DNA of 64,000 bases from Eledone cirrhosa (lineage: Eukaryota). Under the pieces are notes generated by a model that saw nothing but the letters and a program-made list of their open reading frames with translations, did not search any database and had not been told where the DNA came from. Of this stretch, positions 1 to 14,944 are shown one piece after another. A program made the position numbers and the translations under genes. Numbering within the stretch: the first letter of the stretch is position 1; each line of letters begins with the position of its first letter. Location: contig CAXHJY010000590.1 in the NCBI GenBank assembly GCA_964016885.1, positions 1 through 64,000 of the forward strand, given 5' to 3'.

Positions 1-2960
<2,960 letters not shown>

Positions 2961-3401
2961 CATCCATCCTTATACATACATGTAAATACATTCTTACATT
3001 TACATACTACACACATTACACACAGTATTTAGTTACTCCAGACCAAACAACCCACACAATCTCTTTAAATGTTATATTTCGGTGTAACTTTATTAGTTTT
3101 TTTAAAAGTTTATAGTTTAGTTTTTTGGTTGCTTTTCGAATTTCAAATTTTCGAAACAAAATTTATTGAAGTTTCTTTTTTTTTTTTTTCATTTGTTGTT
3201 GTTGTTGTATGTTTTATTTATTCATCAAATATTTTTTTTTTTGCTATTTTCTTGTGTTTATTTTATTTTGTTTTGTTTTGTCTACGTGTCGTTGTCGTTG
3301 GAGACATTTTATCATGACATGAAAATTTGAAAAAAAATAAGGATTAAGAAAAAAAAAAAAAAAATTCCAATCAATCACATTCTATCATATCAATGCATCA
3401 T

Positions 3402-4090
3402 ATATAGATGTGAGATTTAGTTATCTATTCTCTTCATATATAGATGTGAGATTTAGTTATCACTTCTCCTCATATATAGATGAGGTATATAGTTATCACT
3501 TCTCATAATAGATGTAAGGGTTACTTATCTGTTTTCTTCAAATATAATGTAGGAGTTATCTGTTTTCCTCAAATATAGATGTAGGAAATACTTATCTCTT
3601 TTCCTCAAATATAGATGTAGGTGTATTACTTATCTGTTTTCCCAAATATAGACGTAGGAAATACTTATCTGTTTTCCGCAAATATAGACGTAGGAAATAC
3701 TTATCTGTTTTCCGCAAATATAGATGTAGGAAATACTTATCTGTTTTCCCAAATATAGACGTAGGAAATACTTATCTGTTTTCCGCAAATATAGATGTAG
3801 GAAATACTTATCTGTTTTTCCGCAAATATAGATGTAGGAAATACTTATCTGTTTTCCGCAAATATAGACGTAGGAAATACTTATCTGTTTTCCGCAAATA
3901 TAGATGTAGGAAATACTTATCTGTTTTCCGCAAATATAGATGTAGGAAATACTTATCTGTTTTCCGCAAATATAGATGTAGGAAATGCTTATCTGTTTTC
4001 TTCAAATATAGATGTAGGAAATACTTATCTGTTTTCCGCAAATATAGATGTAGGAAATGCTTATCTGTTTTCTTCAAATATAGATGTAGG
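3402..4090. repeat. ~36-bp minisatellite (AAATATAGATGTAGGAAATACTTATCTGTTTTCCGC), degenerating leftwards
   Basis: Contiguous near-identical units without spacers; lies just downstream of the LRR gene stop, probably in its 3' UTR. Confidence 0.95.
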
Positions 4091-4263
4091 GGTTAGCTAT
4101 GAGTTAGTTATGTTTTCCTCTATATCAACATTGGTTCAAATGGATATTGTAGAAAGTTGGAGGACATTTATCGCGGAAATTGAAACAAAAGAAAATGTAT
4201 TAAAAAAAAAAGATTTCCAATCAAATTAAAAGAAATAATATTTAAATCCATTGATTTCTGGCA

Positions 4264-6153
4264 TCATACATAGGTGTAGGATTTAATGATCTCTGTTCTT
4301 CTCTGCGTATCGACATCAGTGGAAACAGATATTGTAGAAATAGTGTGGGATCCCATCTCCCCAGTTCCACATAGCTCCTTGATTGATTGTACATGGTATT
4401 TCACTTGCTCCACTCCTAACACAACACCAGCGCGCACTCGGTTGGCGGCATAGCTGCTGGACTCTCGTATAGATTGCACGTAGTGGCTGCCGGTGTCCTT
4501 AATGGAGTGCATGTACTGACTGCTGGTGTCTCGGATAGTCTGTACATGCCACCTCATCTTCAGCATTCTTCTTTCAACTCCATCCACCAGACGAGCCCTC
4601 ACTTCATCGAGTGTCTCCCGGATGTTCACGTCCGGAGAGACTTTCTCGTAGTAGTCGTCGAAATCGGTGACAGGCGTGGTACACTTTAGGGGTGATGCCC
4701 CTGGAGAGTGGTCCAGGTATGGTATGGAACCGAAGGAAGAAAAGTCCGAGTTGCTGCAGTCACTCATCTTCTCGATCTCAGTCGACGAATGGATCTCGAC
4801 CGGTTGAATCTCCGGATCTTGGATTGACACCTTGGAGTTCTTCTTCCGTTTGTGGATCACGTGGATGAGCAGGCGGACTGACCCGAACAGAATGCCGAGT
4901 AGAAGGAAGGAAAGTGACGCGCCGAAACTGACAATGAGGCTAGTGGTGTAAACCGACGGGATTAAGGAATACACTTTCAGGACCAACGTCGCCGAATTAT
5001 TCCCTAAGGGGTTGATTGCTAAACAACGAAACCGACCACCGAAATAGCCGCGTAGGTTGTGAATAAAAAGGGAGCCATTATTAGCAATGTAAATATCTGA
5101 ACTGTATCTAGAATCTGAATATGTATGTCGCATGAGAAACGGCTGTGATATTGAATTTAATAGGTGCAGGTGCCTATCGTGGGCAAAGAGGTCACCCCAG
5201 GGTGTTACCCACACAATGCTGGGCCCAGGGGAGCCTGTAGCATTGCAATCCAGACGAATATTTTGATGACTAACTATAGACATATTGGCACTTACAAAGT
5301 CCAGGCTGGGACTTTCACATATCACATCGGTGTAATTCAAAATCGACACCTGGTCCCCCTCTAATGAAGGTGGTGAATGACAGGTGAGGTTATGAAAGTT
5401 ATAGAAAAGATTAGGATTGCTACTGTGAGTATCCAAAAACTCTTGCACAACACAAGAACAGTCGATTGGGTTACCTTCCAGTGATACCTGGTACAGGTTA
5501 CTAAACGACAGTAACACATCTTCGTGGAATGTCTGAAGCTGATTGTGGCGCAAGTCAACCACTCTTAGAATACTGTTGTTAGTGAATGTCAACGGAGGTA
5601 TGTATGTTAAATTGTTGTGGGATAAATTCAACACTTCTAAATTTTCTAAAGGTTTGAATATGTAATTTGGTAATACTGGAAGAAAGTTTTTGTGTAAGTC
5701 AAGATATGTTAAGTGAACCAAATCAGAAAATACCCCTTTCGGCAGTGCTGTTAGCTTGTTGTTGCTTAAGTCTAAATGTACGAGGTTTTGTAGACCTAGA
5801 AATGCATCCTGAGTTATGTTTTTAATGCGGTTCCCACTGAGGTTTAGGTAAACTAAACTAGTGAGGCCGAGGAAGGACTGTAAAGAGACGCCAGTCAATT
5901 CGTTGAAACTCAAATCAAGGTTGACGATATCGGCTGGGAAGAGAGACCGGGCGGAAAAATCTTCCAGGCGTCCGTTGATGGTGATGTTGCGTACGTGAGG
6001 TGGAACATTTTCCAATCTCTCGATATTGTAGCATGTCAGAGAGAGACTCTCATTGCAGCTGCAACCAATTTGGCAACAGGTGACCTTGACCACAGCTGTA
6101 AAGGCCAACAGGAATATTGACTTGTAGACAGAAGAGAAAGCGTGAAGATTCAT
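4264..6153 (-). CDS. Single-pass LRR-Ig receptor (signal peptide, LRRNT, ~7 LRRs, LRRCT, Ig domain, TM helix, cytoplasmic tail); LRRN/LRIT/LINGO-like LIG family; 629 aa in one coding exon
   Basis: ATG at 6153 followed by hydrophobic signal (IFLLAFTAVVKVTCC); LxxLxLSxNxL repeats; LRRCT GNPIDCSC...C...P; Ig LDCNATGSPGPSIVW...FRCLAINPLG; TM LIVSFGASLSFLLLGILFGSV; C-terminal TYV. Confidence 0.93.
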   Translation of the reverse strand: MNLHAFSSVYKSIFLLAFTAVVKVTCCQIGCSCNESLSLTCYNIERLENVPPHVRNITINGRLEDFSARSLFPADIVNLDLSFNELTGVSLQSFLGLTSLVYLNLSGNRIKNITQDAFLGLQNLVHLDLSNNKLTALPKGVFSDLVHLTYLDLHKNFLPVLPNYIFKPLENLEVLNLSHNNLTYIPPLTFTNNSILRVVDLRHNQLQTFHEDVLLSFSNLYQVSLEGNPIDCSCVVQEFLDTHSSNPNLFYNFHNLTCHSPPSLEGDQVSILNYTDVICESPSLDFVSANMSIVSHQNIRLDCNATGSPGPSIVWVTPWGDLFAHDRHLHLLNSISQPFLMRHTYSDSRYSSDIYIANNGSLFIHNLRGYFGGRFRCLAINPLGNNSATLVLKVYSLIPSVYTTSLIVSFGASLSFLLLGILFGSVRLLIHVIHKRKKNSKVSIQDPEIQPVEIHSSTEIEKMSDCSNSDFSSFGSIPYLDHSPGASPLKCTTPVTDFDDYYEKVSPDVNIRETLDEVRARLVDGVERRMLKMRWHVQTIRDTSSQYMHSIKDTGSHYVQSIRESSSYAANRVRAGVVLGVEQVKYHVQSIKELCGTGEMGSHTISTISVSTDVDTQRRTEIIKSYTYV

Positions 6154-6175
6154 TTTTTCACCAAACTGGATCCGA

Positions 6176-6200
6176 CTGAAATAGCAAACAGAACAGACAT
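6176..6200 (-). promoter_or_regulatory. Splice acceptor upstream of the LRR coding exon (exon starts at 6175)
   Basis: Minus strand reads TCTGTTCTGTTTGCTATTTCAG|TCGG, a pyrimidine tract plus CAG 22 nt before the ATG. Confidence 0.7.
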
Positions 6201-6365
6201 CATTAGTCAACGACAGGATTGCGATTAGTCACAACTAAAACAGCAAATATTTTAAGGGCCATTTTCCCTACTAAAGCAAATATTAATCTTACACAGTAAT
6301 GTAAATGTTAAAGGGTTAATTGGTCTCTTATGAAGTTACACCTTATAGAAGGTTTCTTGGGTGTT

Positions 6366-6580
6366 TTAATCCTTTAACATTTAAACCAGCCATAACCAGC
6401 CAGAATTTTCTCACCTCTTTCTGTTCAAACCAGCCATAACTGGATACTCATACTGACATTACGGTATTGTTCTCAAAATAAATAATATCAAAATCTTGTA
6501 GATTCAATATTATGTGAGGTAAAGTGATTACCATGAAATACAATAGTATATATAGAGTAATGTAAATGCTAAAGGGTTAA
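6366..6580. mobile_element. piggyBac-like MITE (TTAA target)
   Basis: TTAA-TCCTTTAACATTT ... AAATGCTAAAGGG-TTAA terminal inverted repeats; a second right end (AAATGTTAAAGGGTTAA) at ~6303-6319. Confidence 0.6.
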
Positions 6581-6896
6581 TGGCAAAAACCCCAAGTCCT
6601 ATCATGAAAAACAATGTGAGATAGAACCAACAACCTTGTGATAATGAGTACAACACCCTAACCACAAGGCCACACCACACCACACCATTCCCAAGATCCA
6701 GCTGAACATCCTCTCCACAGATAGCAATTAGTGAAGACAGTTTGTTAGATAAACCAAATCAATCAATACCCTCGACATAAAGTCATCTCATCAATCTATT
6801 TGTTTTTCTTTCTTTCATTCCATTTAAATGTCATTTCCAAACAAAGTTGGCATAATTCTATACAACGGCAGAGTTTGTGGATAAAATGGAAGGGAG

Positions 6897-7108
6897 GTTG
6901 GTGGTGAGAGTGGTAGTCGTGGTAAGAGTGGTTGGTGGTGGTGGTGGTGGTGGTGAGGGTGAGAGTGGTGGTAGTGGTGAGGGTGGTTGGTAGTGATGGT
7001 GGTTGGTAGTGGTGGTGATGGGGTTGAGGGTGGTTGGTGGTGATGGGGTTGAGGGTGGTTGGTAGTGGTGGTTGGTGGTGGTAGTGGTGTGATGGATGGT
7101 GGTGATGG
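6897..7108. repeat. (GGT)n-rich simple repeat
   Basis: Direct. Confidence 0.95.
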
Positions 7109-7195
7109 TTTTGCACATGCAAAACCATTTTGCTGGATTGAGAGATGATGAGTATGAAGATGTGTGTGTGTGTCAACTTTTCTTGTACATTGCCT

Positions 7196-7468
7196 TTCTT
7201 TACGCTTAGAGTTGCTGAAGCATGGAACAAACTGCCTGCGTCAGTTGTTAGCTGCCGAGACACTGCATCCTTTAAAACCCTCATGCTTCCAGAAATTCGC
7301 CAAAACTACACCTGATGTCCCTCTTCCATACACATGCACACCATGACTCATGCACTGTTCATTTTCCTGATGTTTGTACATTACCCTATGTACTATACAT
7401 ACACTTTTTGATGAGTTGTAGTGCACCTGAGCACTGTACACAATATTTTCATTATTATTAGTCATTAT
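7196..7468 (+). mobile_element. 3' fragment of a CR1/L2-type LINE
   Basis: Translates FFTLRVAEAWNKLPASVVSCRDTASFK, the typical CR1 ORF2 C-terminal motif, followed by a 3' UTR and ATT repeats. Confidence 0.75.
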
Positions 7469-7482
7469 TATTTAATTCCTTT

Positions 7483-7842
7483 TTCAAATCCCGCCGAGGT
7501 TAACTTTGCCTTTCATCCTTACGGGGTCGATAAAATAAAGTACCAGTAATGCACTGGGTAGTTGCTGGCCTTGTGCCAAAAGTAGAAACAATTATTATTA
7601 TTAGTAGTAGTAGTAATAAGGACAGTGGATTGGCAGTATCGGTAGAGCGTCAGATGCCATGCTTTGCAGCAGAGTTACGGCCCTTTACGATCTGAGTTCA
7701 AATCCCCCCGAGGTTAACTTTGCCTTTCATCCTTACGGGGTCGATAAAATAAAGTACCAGTAATGCACTGGGGTCGATTTAATCGACTTCCCCTCCCCCA
7801 AAATTGCTGGCCTTGTGCCTATATAAGAAACCATTGTTATTA
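7483..7842 (+). mobile_element. tRNA-derived SINEs: truncated copy (7483-7602) plus near-full copy (7618-7842)
   Basis: A-box TGGCAGTATCGG, B-box GAGTTCAAATCC, shared body GGGGTCGATAAAATAAAGTACCAGT, (ATT)n tail; related minus-strand copies at ~9192-9300, 31640-31765 and 32619-32662. Confidence 0.85.
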
Positions 7843-7912
7843 GCAGCAGGGACGTTATTTGTTGCAAATGTTGGCCATTTGGCTTACAGGTGAATATTGC
7901 TGCTGTAGTGAG

Positions 7913-8258
7913 GAGGATGATGGTGGTGGTGGTGGTGGTGGTGATGAAGGTGATGGTGATGTAGGTGGTGGTGGTTATGAAGATGGTGGTGGTGGTTATG
8001 AAGAAGATGGTGGTGGTGGTGGTGATGATGAAGATGGTGCTGTTGGTGGGGATGAAGATGGTGGTGGTGATGAAGGTGGTGATGGTGGTGGTTATGAAGA
8101 AGATGGTGGTGGTGGTGATGATGAAGATGGTGCTGTTGGTGGGGATGAATATGGTGGTGGTGGTGGTTATGAAGAAGATGGTGGTGGTGGTGGGGATGAA
8201 GATGGTGGTGGTTATGAAGAAGATGGTGGTGGTGGTTATGAAGATGGTAGTGGTGGTG
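7913..8258. repeat. (GGT/GAT/GAA) trinucleotide compound repeat
   Basis: Direct. Confidence 0.9.
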
Positions 8259-8518
8259 ACAATTTATTACTAATCACCAAATTAGCAATAATCAGAACCA
8301 GAAGCCAGCATTTTCAAAAAAAAAAAAAAAAAAAACCTTGTTTTGCTGACATTTGTCCAAAGCATAAATCAATACGAAGAAGTGGACGATAATGTCCAAA
8401 CTATTTTAGGAAACAGACCAAAAATTTACTCCAAACCAGATGAAAGAGAGAGAAAATTATTTAATAAAAAAATGAAAACAAGAAAGCTGGGAGTAGATAT
8501 GTTTTTTTGTTTTTTTGT

Positions 8519-8796
8519 CTGAATATATTATGGCTGTGTGGTTAACCCATTCATTAGCATATTGCTGAATATATTATGGCTGTGTGGTTAACCCATTCAT
8601 TAGCATATTGCTGAATATATTATGGCTGTGTGGTTAACCCATTCATTAGCATATTGCTGAATATATTATGGCTGTGTGGTTAACCCATTCATTAGCATAT
8701 TGCTGAATATATTATGGCTGTGTGGTTAACCCATTCATTAGCATATTGCTGAATATATTATGGCTGTGTGGTTAACCCATTCATTAGCATATTGCT
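8519..8796. repeat. Perfect 46-bp tandem repeat, 6 copies
   Basis: CTGAATATATTATGGCTGTGTGGTTAACCCATTCATTAGCATATTG x6, no spacers. Confidence 0.97.
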
Positions 8797-8857
8797 AATG
8801 AGAAATACTGTCTATGGTTCACAAATAATTTGGAAAATAATCAAGACTTTGGACGAA

Positions 8858-9019
8858 CCATCATCACCATCGTCATCACCATCATCACCATCGCCATCAT
8901 CACCATCGTCATCACCATCATCACCATCATCATCATCACTACAATCATCACCATCATCATTACAATCATCATCACCATCATCATCATCATCATCATCACT
9001 ACAATCATCACCATCATCA
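8858..9019. repeat. (CAT/CAC)n repeat
   Basis: Direct. Confidence 0.95.
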
Positions 9020-9440
9020 TAGACTATGGGCAAGTGGTTAGAATGTCTCAGGAAAGATATAACCCACATTAAGCCAACAATCTTGGTTCCTCTGTGTATA
9101 ATCAACAAGAAAAATGTAAGATAATTGTCGAATTGGTTTTTAGATCTGATTGGTTTCATTAACCTGGGACAATCTACCCATAACGAGAATTCTTTCTAAC
9201 ATTGGCACAAGGCCAGAAAATTTGAGGGTTGAAAGGAAATGATGATTATATCGACCCCTTGTACTTGACTGATATTTTATTTTATCAACTCGGCAGAAAG
9301 TAACTCCAGGTAGAGCCACTACTTCTCTGAATTGAGAGATCACAGCTCTGATACTGTGGCATGTGGTTAGAATGTCTCAGGAAAGAATCACTGGACAGAT
9401 TTTACAGGCAAAACCAGCAGGAAAAATATCCAGGGGTAGA

Positions 9441-10964
<1,524 letters not shown>

Positions 10965-10969
<5 letters not shown>

Positions 10970-11151
10970 AACCAGTAAGACCCCGACAGCTGAGCTCAAG
11001 CCGTTTCGACGGCTAATTCTGAATTAGCCGTCGAAACGGCTTGAGCTCAGCTGTCGGGGTCTTACTGGTTCCTATTACCCACTCTACTACCTCAAGTATT
11101 GAGTACTTTGGTGTGTTATGGTCCACCTGGTTCCTTACCATATTTCCTTCG

Positions 11152-11154
<3 letters not shown>
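10965..11154 (+). mobile_element. Short fold-back (palindromic) PLE-type remnant with half hammerhead and unique 3' tail
   Basis: Perfect inverted repeat 10965-11075 around a 1-nt spacer (11020); contains GAAAC-GGCT-TGAGCTC-AGCT-GTC; tail 11076-11154; flanked by (TA)n. Confidence 0.75.
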
Positions 11155-11210
<56 letters not shown>

Positions 11211-11275
11211 CATATATATATATATATATATTAAGAGAGTAAAACAAAGAATCCTTTAATACATCAAAAGATTTT

Positions 11276-11320
11276 ATTAGCCGACAATGTTTCGTCCTAT
11301 TAAGGACTCATCAGGGCAAT
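11276..11320 (-). ncRNA. Minimal type I hammerhead ribozyme
   Basis: AUUGCC CUGAUGA GUCC-UUAAUA-GGAC GAAA C-AUU-GUC^GGCUAAU: canonical core, 4-bp stem II, GUC cleavage triplet. Confidence 0.9.
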
Positions 11321-11949
11321 CAAAACAACAAGAGGTAATTTCGGCAGATACAAGCCAGAAACTCTGAAGAATATGGAGTTTACATACACTAATGTCTTAC
11401 AAAGATATACGATAATAAAAATGAAGATAAAAATAATAAAATATATAATAACTAAGGATGTAGATAACATTAAGAACCATATTACAAATATAGTCCAAAG
11501 TCACCAACTTAAATCTAAACAAATTTGGTTATATAGAGCAGGAATTATATACAACACAGTATAATACATTCTAATAATAATATATCTATACCAACATTAA
11601 AATTCTAAATTAAAAATCAAAAGGTACAATATATACATGTATATATGTGCGCACACACACACACACACATATTACAATACACATATCTATTTTCCATTAC
11701 ACAGAAATTAAGCCCTATTGGAAGTTTGCACATCAAAAATATCAAAAATAAGCATGGTAATAGTGAAAATAATGCTAATACATCTACCTATATATATATA
11801 TATATACATACATATATATATATATACATACATTTATATATATATATATACATACATATATATATATATACATACATATATATATATACATACATATATA
11901 TATATACATACATATATATATATATACATACATATATATATATACATAC

Positions 11950-11980
<31 letters not shown>

Positions 11981-12088
11981 CATACATATGTATATATATA
12001 TACATACATATGTATATATATATACATACATATGTATATATATATACATACGTATATATATATACATACATATATATATATATATATA

Positions 12089-12310
12089 TACAGTCCACGC
12101 TGTAATGTGGCCGTGTAGGCAACACGGTAAAAACCTCCCAGCCCCACACTGTAAATGTGGTTGGTGTTAGGAAGGGCATCCAGCTGTAGAAAACCCGCCA
12201 GATAGTCCTATGCGAGCAAGACAATCACTCTTGCCTCAAGTGGGAAAACCCCCGTCCAAACGCATGCAAGCGTGGAACACGGGCGTTAAATGTTGATCAT
12301 GATAATGATA
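12089..12310 (+). mobile_element. 3' end fragment of the RTE LINE family at 42952-47917
   Basis: Close match to the reverse complement of 42952-43176; (GAT)n-like tail. Confidence 0.9.
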
Positions 12311-12321
12311 TATATATATAC

Positions 12322-12502
12322 ATGGTGGCTGCCAATTCGTTTTCGAGTACGGCCACTACTTTATATCCATGTAGGAGAACCCCTACCGATGCGCTGAACA
12401 AATGTGACTTTTTAGTCCAGCCAGCGACTTGAAAACTCTGGTACAAACACTACACTTGCGACAATTATTGACATAGTGCTGGGCCCATGGTACCATGTGA
12501 CG
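12322..12502 (-). mobile_element. 3' fragment of an RTE/BovB-like LINE with terminal C2H2 finger
   Basis: Minus strand translates CSVCTRVFKSLAGLKSHICSAHR-stop, followed by a short 3' UTR. Confidence 0.65.
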
Positions 12503-12586
12503 ATATATATATACATACATATATATATACATATATATATATACATATATATATACATATATATATACATATATACATATATATAT

Positions 12587-12851
12587 GTTAACCTTGGTCT
12601 TCCTCTTCTAGTGTGTCCATGTAGGGGCTCCCAAAGGAGCACTGAGTGCAATGTCAACTCTGGATGTCGGTGAGCATGTCCAGCTAACCTCAGTCTCCTC
12701 TGTGTCACTTTGAGGTTAACGTATTTTGATGCCCTAAGGACAGACACTGGTCTGTTGGAGACGCAGGACATGGCAGCGATAATGAGGGACAGAGACCGCT
12801 GGAGAGAACTCGTCCATGGATCTCGGGAATTTTACCCACCTTAGATAGATA
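12587..12851 (+). mobile_element. 5'-truncated, 5'-inverted RTE-type LINE 3' end
   Basis: Minus segment 12587-12720 encodes RRLRLAGHAHRH...GRPRLTY; plus segment continues LTYFDALRTDTGL...DRDRWRELV-stop, then a (TAGA)n tail. Confidence 0.8.
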
Positions 12852-12865
12852 CATATATATATATA

Positions 12866-13217
12866 CATTATTTCTGAAGACGGCATATATGTGTGTTTGG
12901 TATGTATATTTAATCTTGATAGTTTGTATAATTTTGTATAATTTTGTACATAGATCTGTTGAATATGCATGCCAATTCTAACACATATATATCCTAGAAA
13001 CGATCGTTAAATAATGAACTTTTTTTGTTTAATATAAGGAACTGTTTCATTGTTTTATTCATTATTTGTTTAATATTTTATCTTGACTCTGTATACCGTT
13101 TATCTTTCACCGAAAGTGATTTTTCATTACATCTCTTCTTTCCATGATATCCGGAATACATTGAGTTCTTCATACGGATTGGACACTACCGTAAACTCTT
13201 GGTAGATTTATCTACAT
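12866..13217 (+). mobile_element. Solo pseudo-LTR of the PLE family at 50059-64000, with hammerhead at 12866-13016
   Basis: Slightly diverged reverse complement of 50061-50404; CAUUAUUU CUGAAGA ... GAAA CGAUCGUU^AAAUAAUG. Confidence 0.9.
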
Positions 13218-13225
13218 ATATATAC

Positions 13226-13274
<49 letters not shown>

Positions 13275-13275
13275 C

Positions 13276-13354
<79 letters not shown>

Positions 13355-13513
13355 CATATATATATATACATATATATATATATACATATATATATATACA
13401 TATACATATATACATATACATATATATACATACATACATATACATATATATATATATACATATATATATATACATACATATACATATATATATATACATA
13501 TACATATATATAC

Positions 13514-13544
<31 letters not shown>

Positions 13545-13545
13545 C

Positions 13546-13576
<31 letters not shown>

Positions 13577-13579
13577 CAT

Positions 13580-13619
<40 letters not shown>

Positions 13620-13676
13620 CATATATATACATATATATATATACATATATATACATATATATACATATATATATAC

Positions 13677-13709
<33 letters not shown>

Positions 13710-13764
13710 CATACATATATATATATATATACATACATACATATATATATATATACATACATAC

Positions 13765-13797
<33 letters not shown>

Positions 13798-13820
13798 CAT
13801 ACATATATATATATATAAAT

Positions 13821-13853
<33 letters not shown>

Positions 13854-14126
13854 CATACATATATATATATATATATATACATACATATATATATATATAT
13901 ATATACATACGTATATATATATATATATATACATACATATATATATATATATATATACATACATATATATATATATATACATACATACATATAAATATAT
14001 ATATATATATATATACATACATACATACATATAAATATATATACATACATACATATAAATATATATACATACATACATATAAATATATATACATATATAT
14101 ATATATATATACATATATATATACAA

Positions 14127-14159
<33 letters not shown>

Positions 14160-14333
14160 CATATATGTATATATACATACATACATACATATATATAAAT
14201 ATATATACATATATGTATATATACATACATACATATATATATATATACATACATATATATATATATACATACATATATATATACATACATATATATATAT
14301 ATACATACATATATATATATATACATACATATA

Positions 14334-14374
<41 letters not shown>

Positions 14375-14496
14375 ATATACATACATATATATATATATAC
14401 ATACATATATATATATATACATACATATATATATATATACATACATATATATATACATACATATATATATATATATATACATACATATATATATAT

Positions 14497-14527
<31 letters not shown>

Positions 14528-14670
14528 CATACATATATATATATATATATACATACATATATATATATATATATATACATACATATATATATATATATAT
14601 ATACATACATATATATACATATATATACATACATATATATACATGCATATATATATATACATATATATAT

Positions 14671-14715
<45 letters not shown>

Positions 14716-14746
14716 CATATATATATATATACATACATATATATAG

Positions 14747-14793
<47 letters not shown>

Positions 14794-14873
14794 CATACAT
14801 ATATATATATATATATACATACATATATATATATATATACATACATATATATATATATATACATACATATATA

Positions 14874-14914
<41 letters not shown>

Positions 14915-14944
14915 ACATATATATATATATACATACATATATAC
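13218..14944. repeat. (TA)n/(TACA)n microsatellite
   Basis: Direct. Confidence 0.99.

Noticed and set aside
3402-4090. 36-bp repeat as CRISPR array or repeat protein (ORF 3808-4077)
   Set aside because: No spacers; an ordinary minisatellite whose unit is a multiple of 3
6154-6210. TTG-initiated N-terminal extension of the LRR ORF
   Set aside because: Overlaps a splice acceptor; ATG at 6153 precedes the signal peptide
7859-8392. Gly/Asp/Glu-rich ORF
   Set aside because: Trinucleotide simple repeat, non-ATG start, no splice or domain support
8519-8796. CRISPR-like regular repeat
   Set aside because: Identical contiguous 46-bp units with no unique spacers, no cas genes, eukaryotic context
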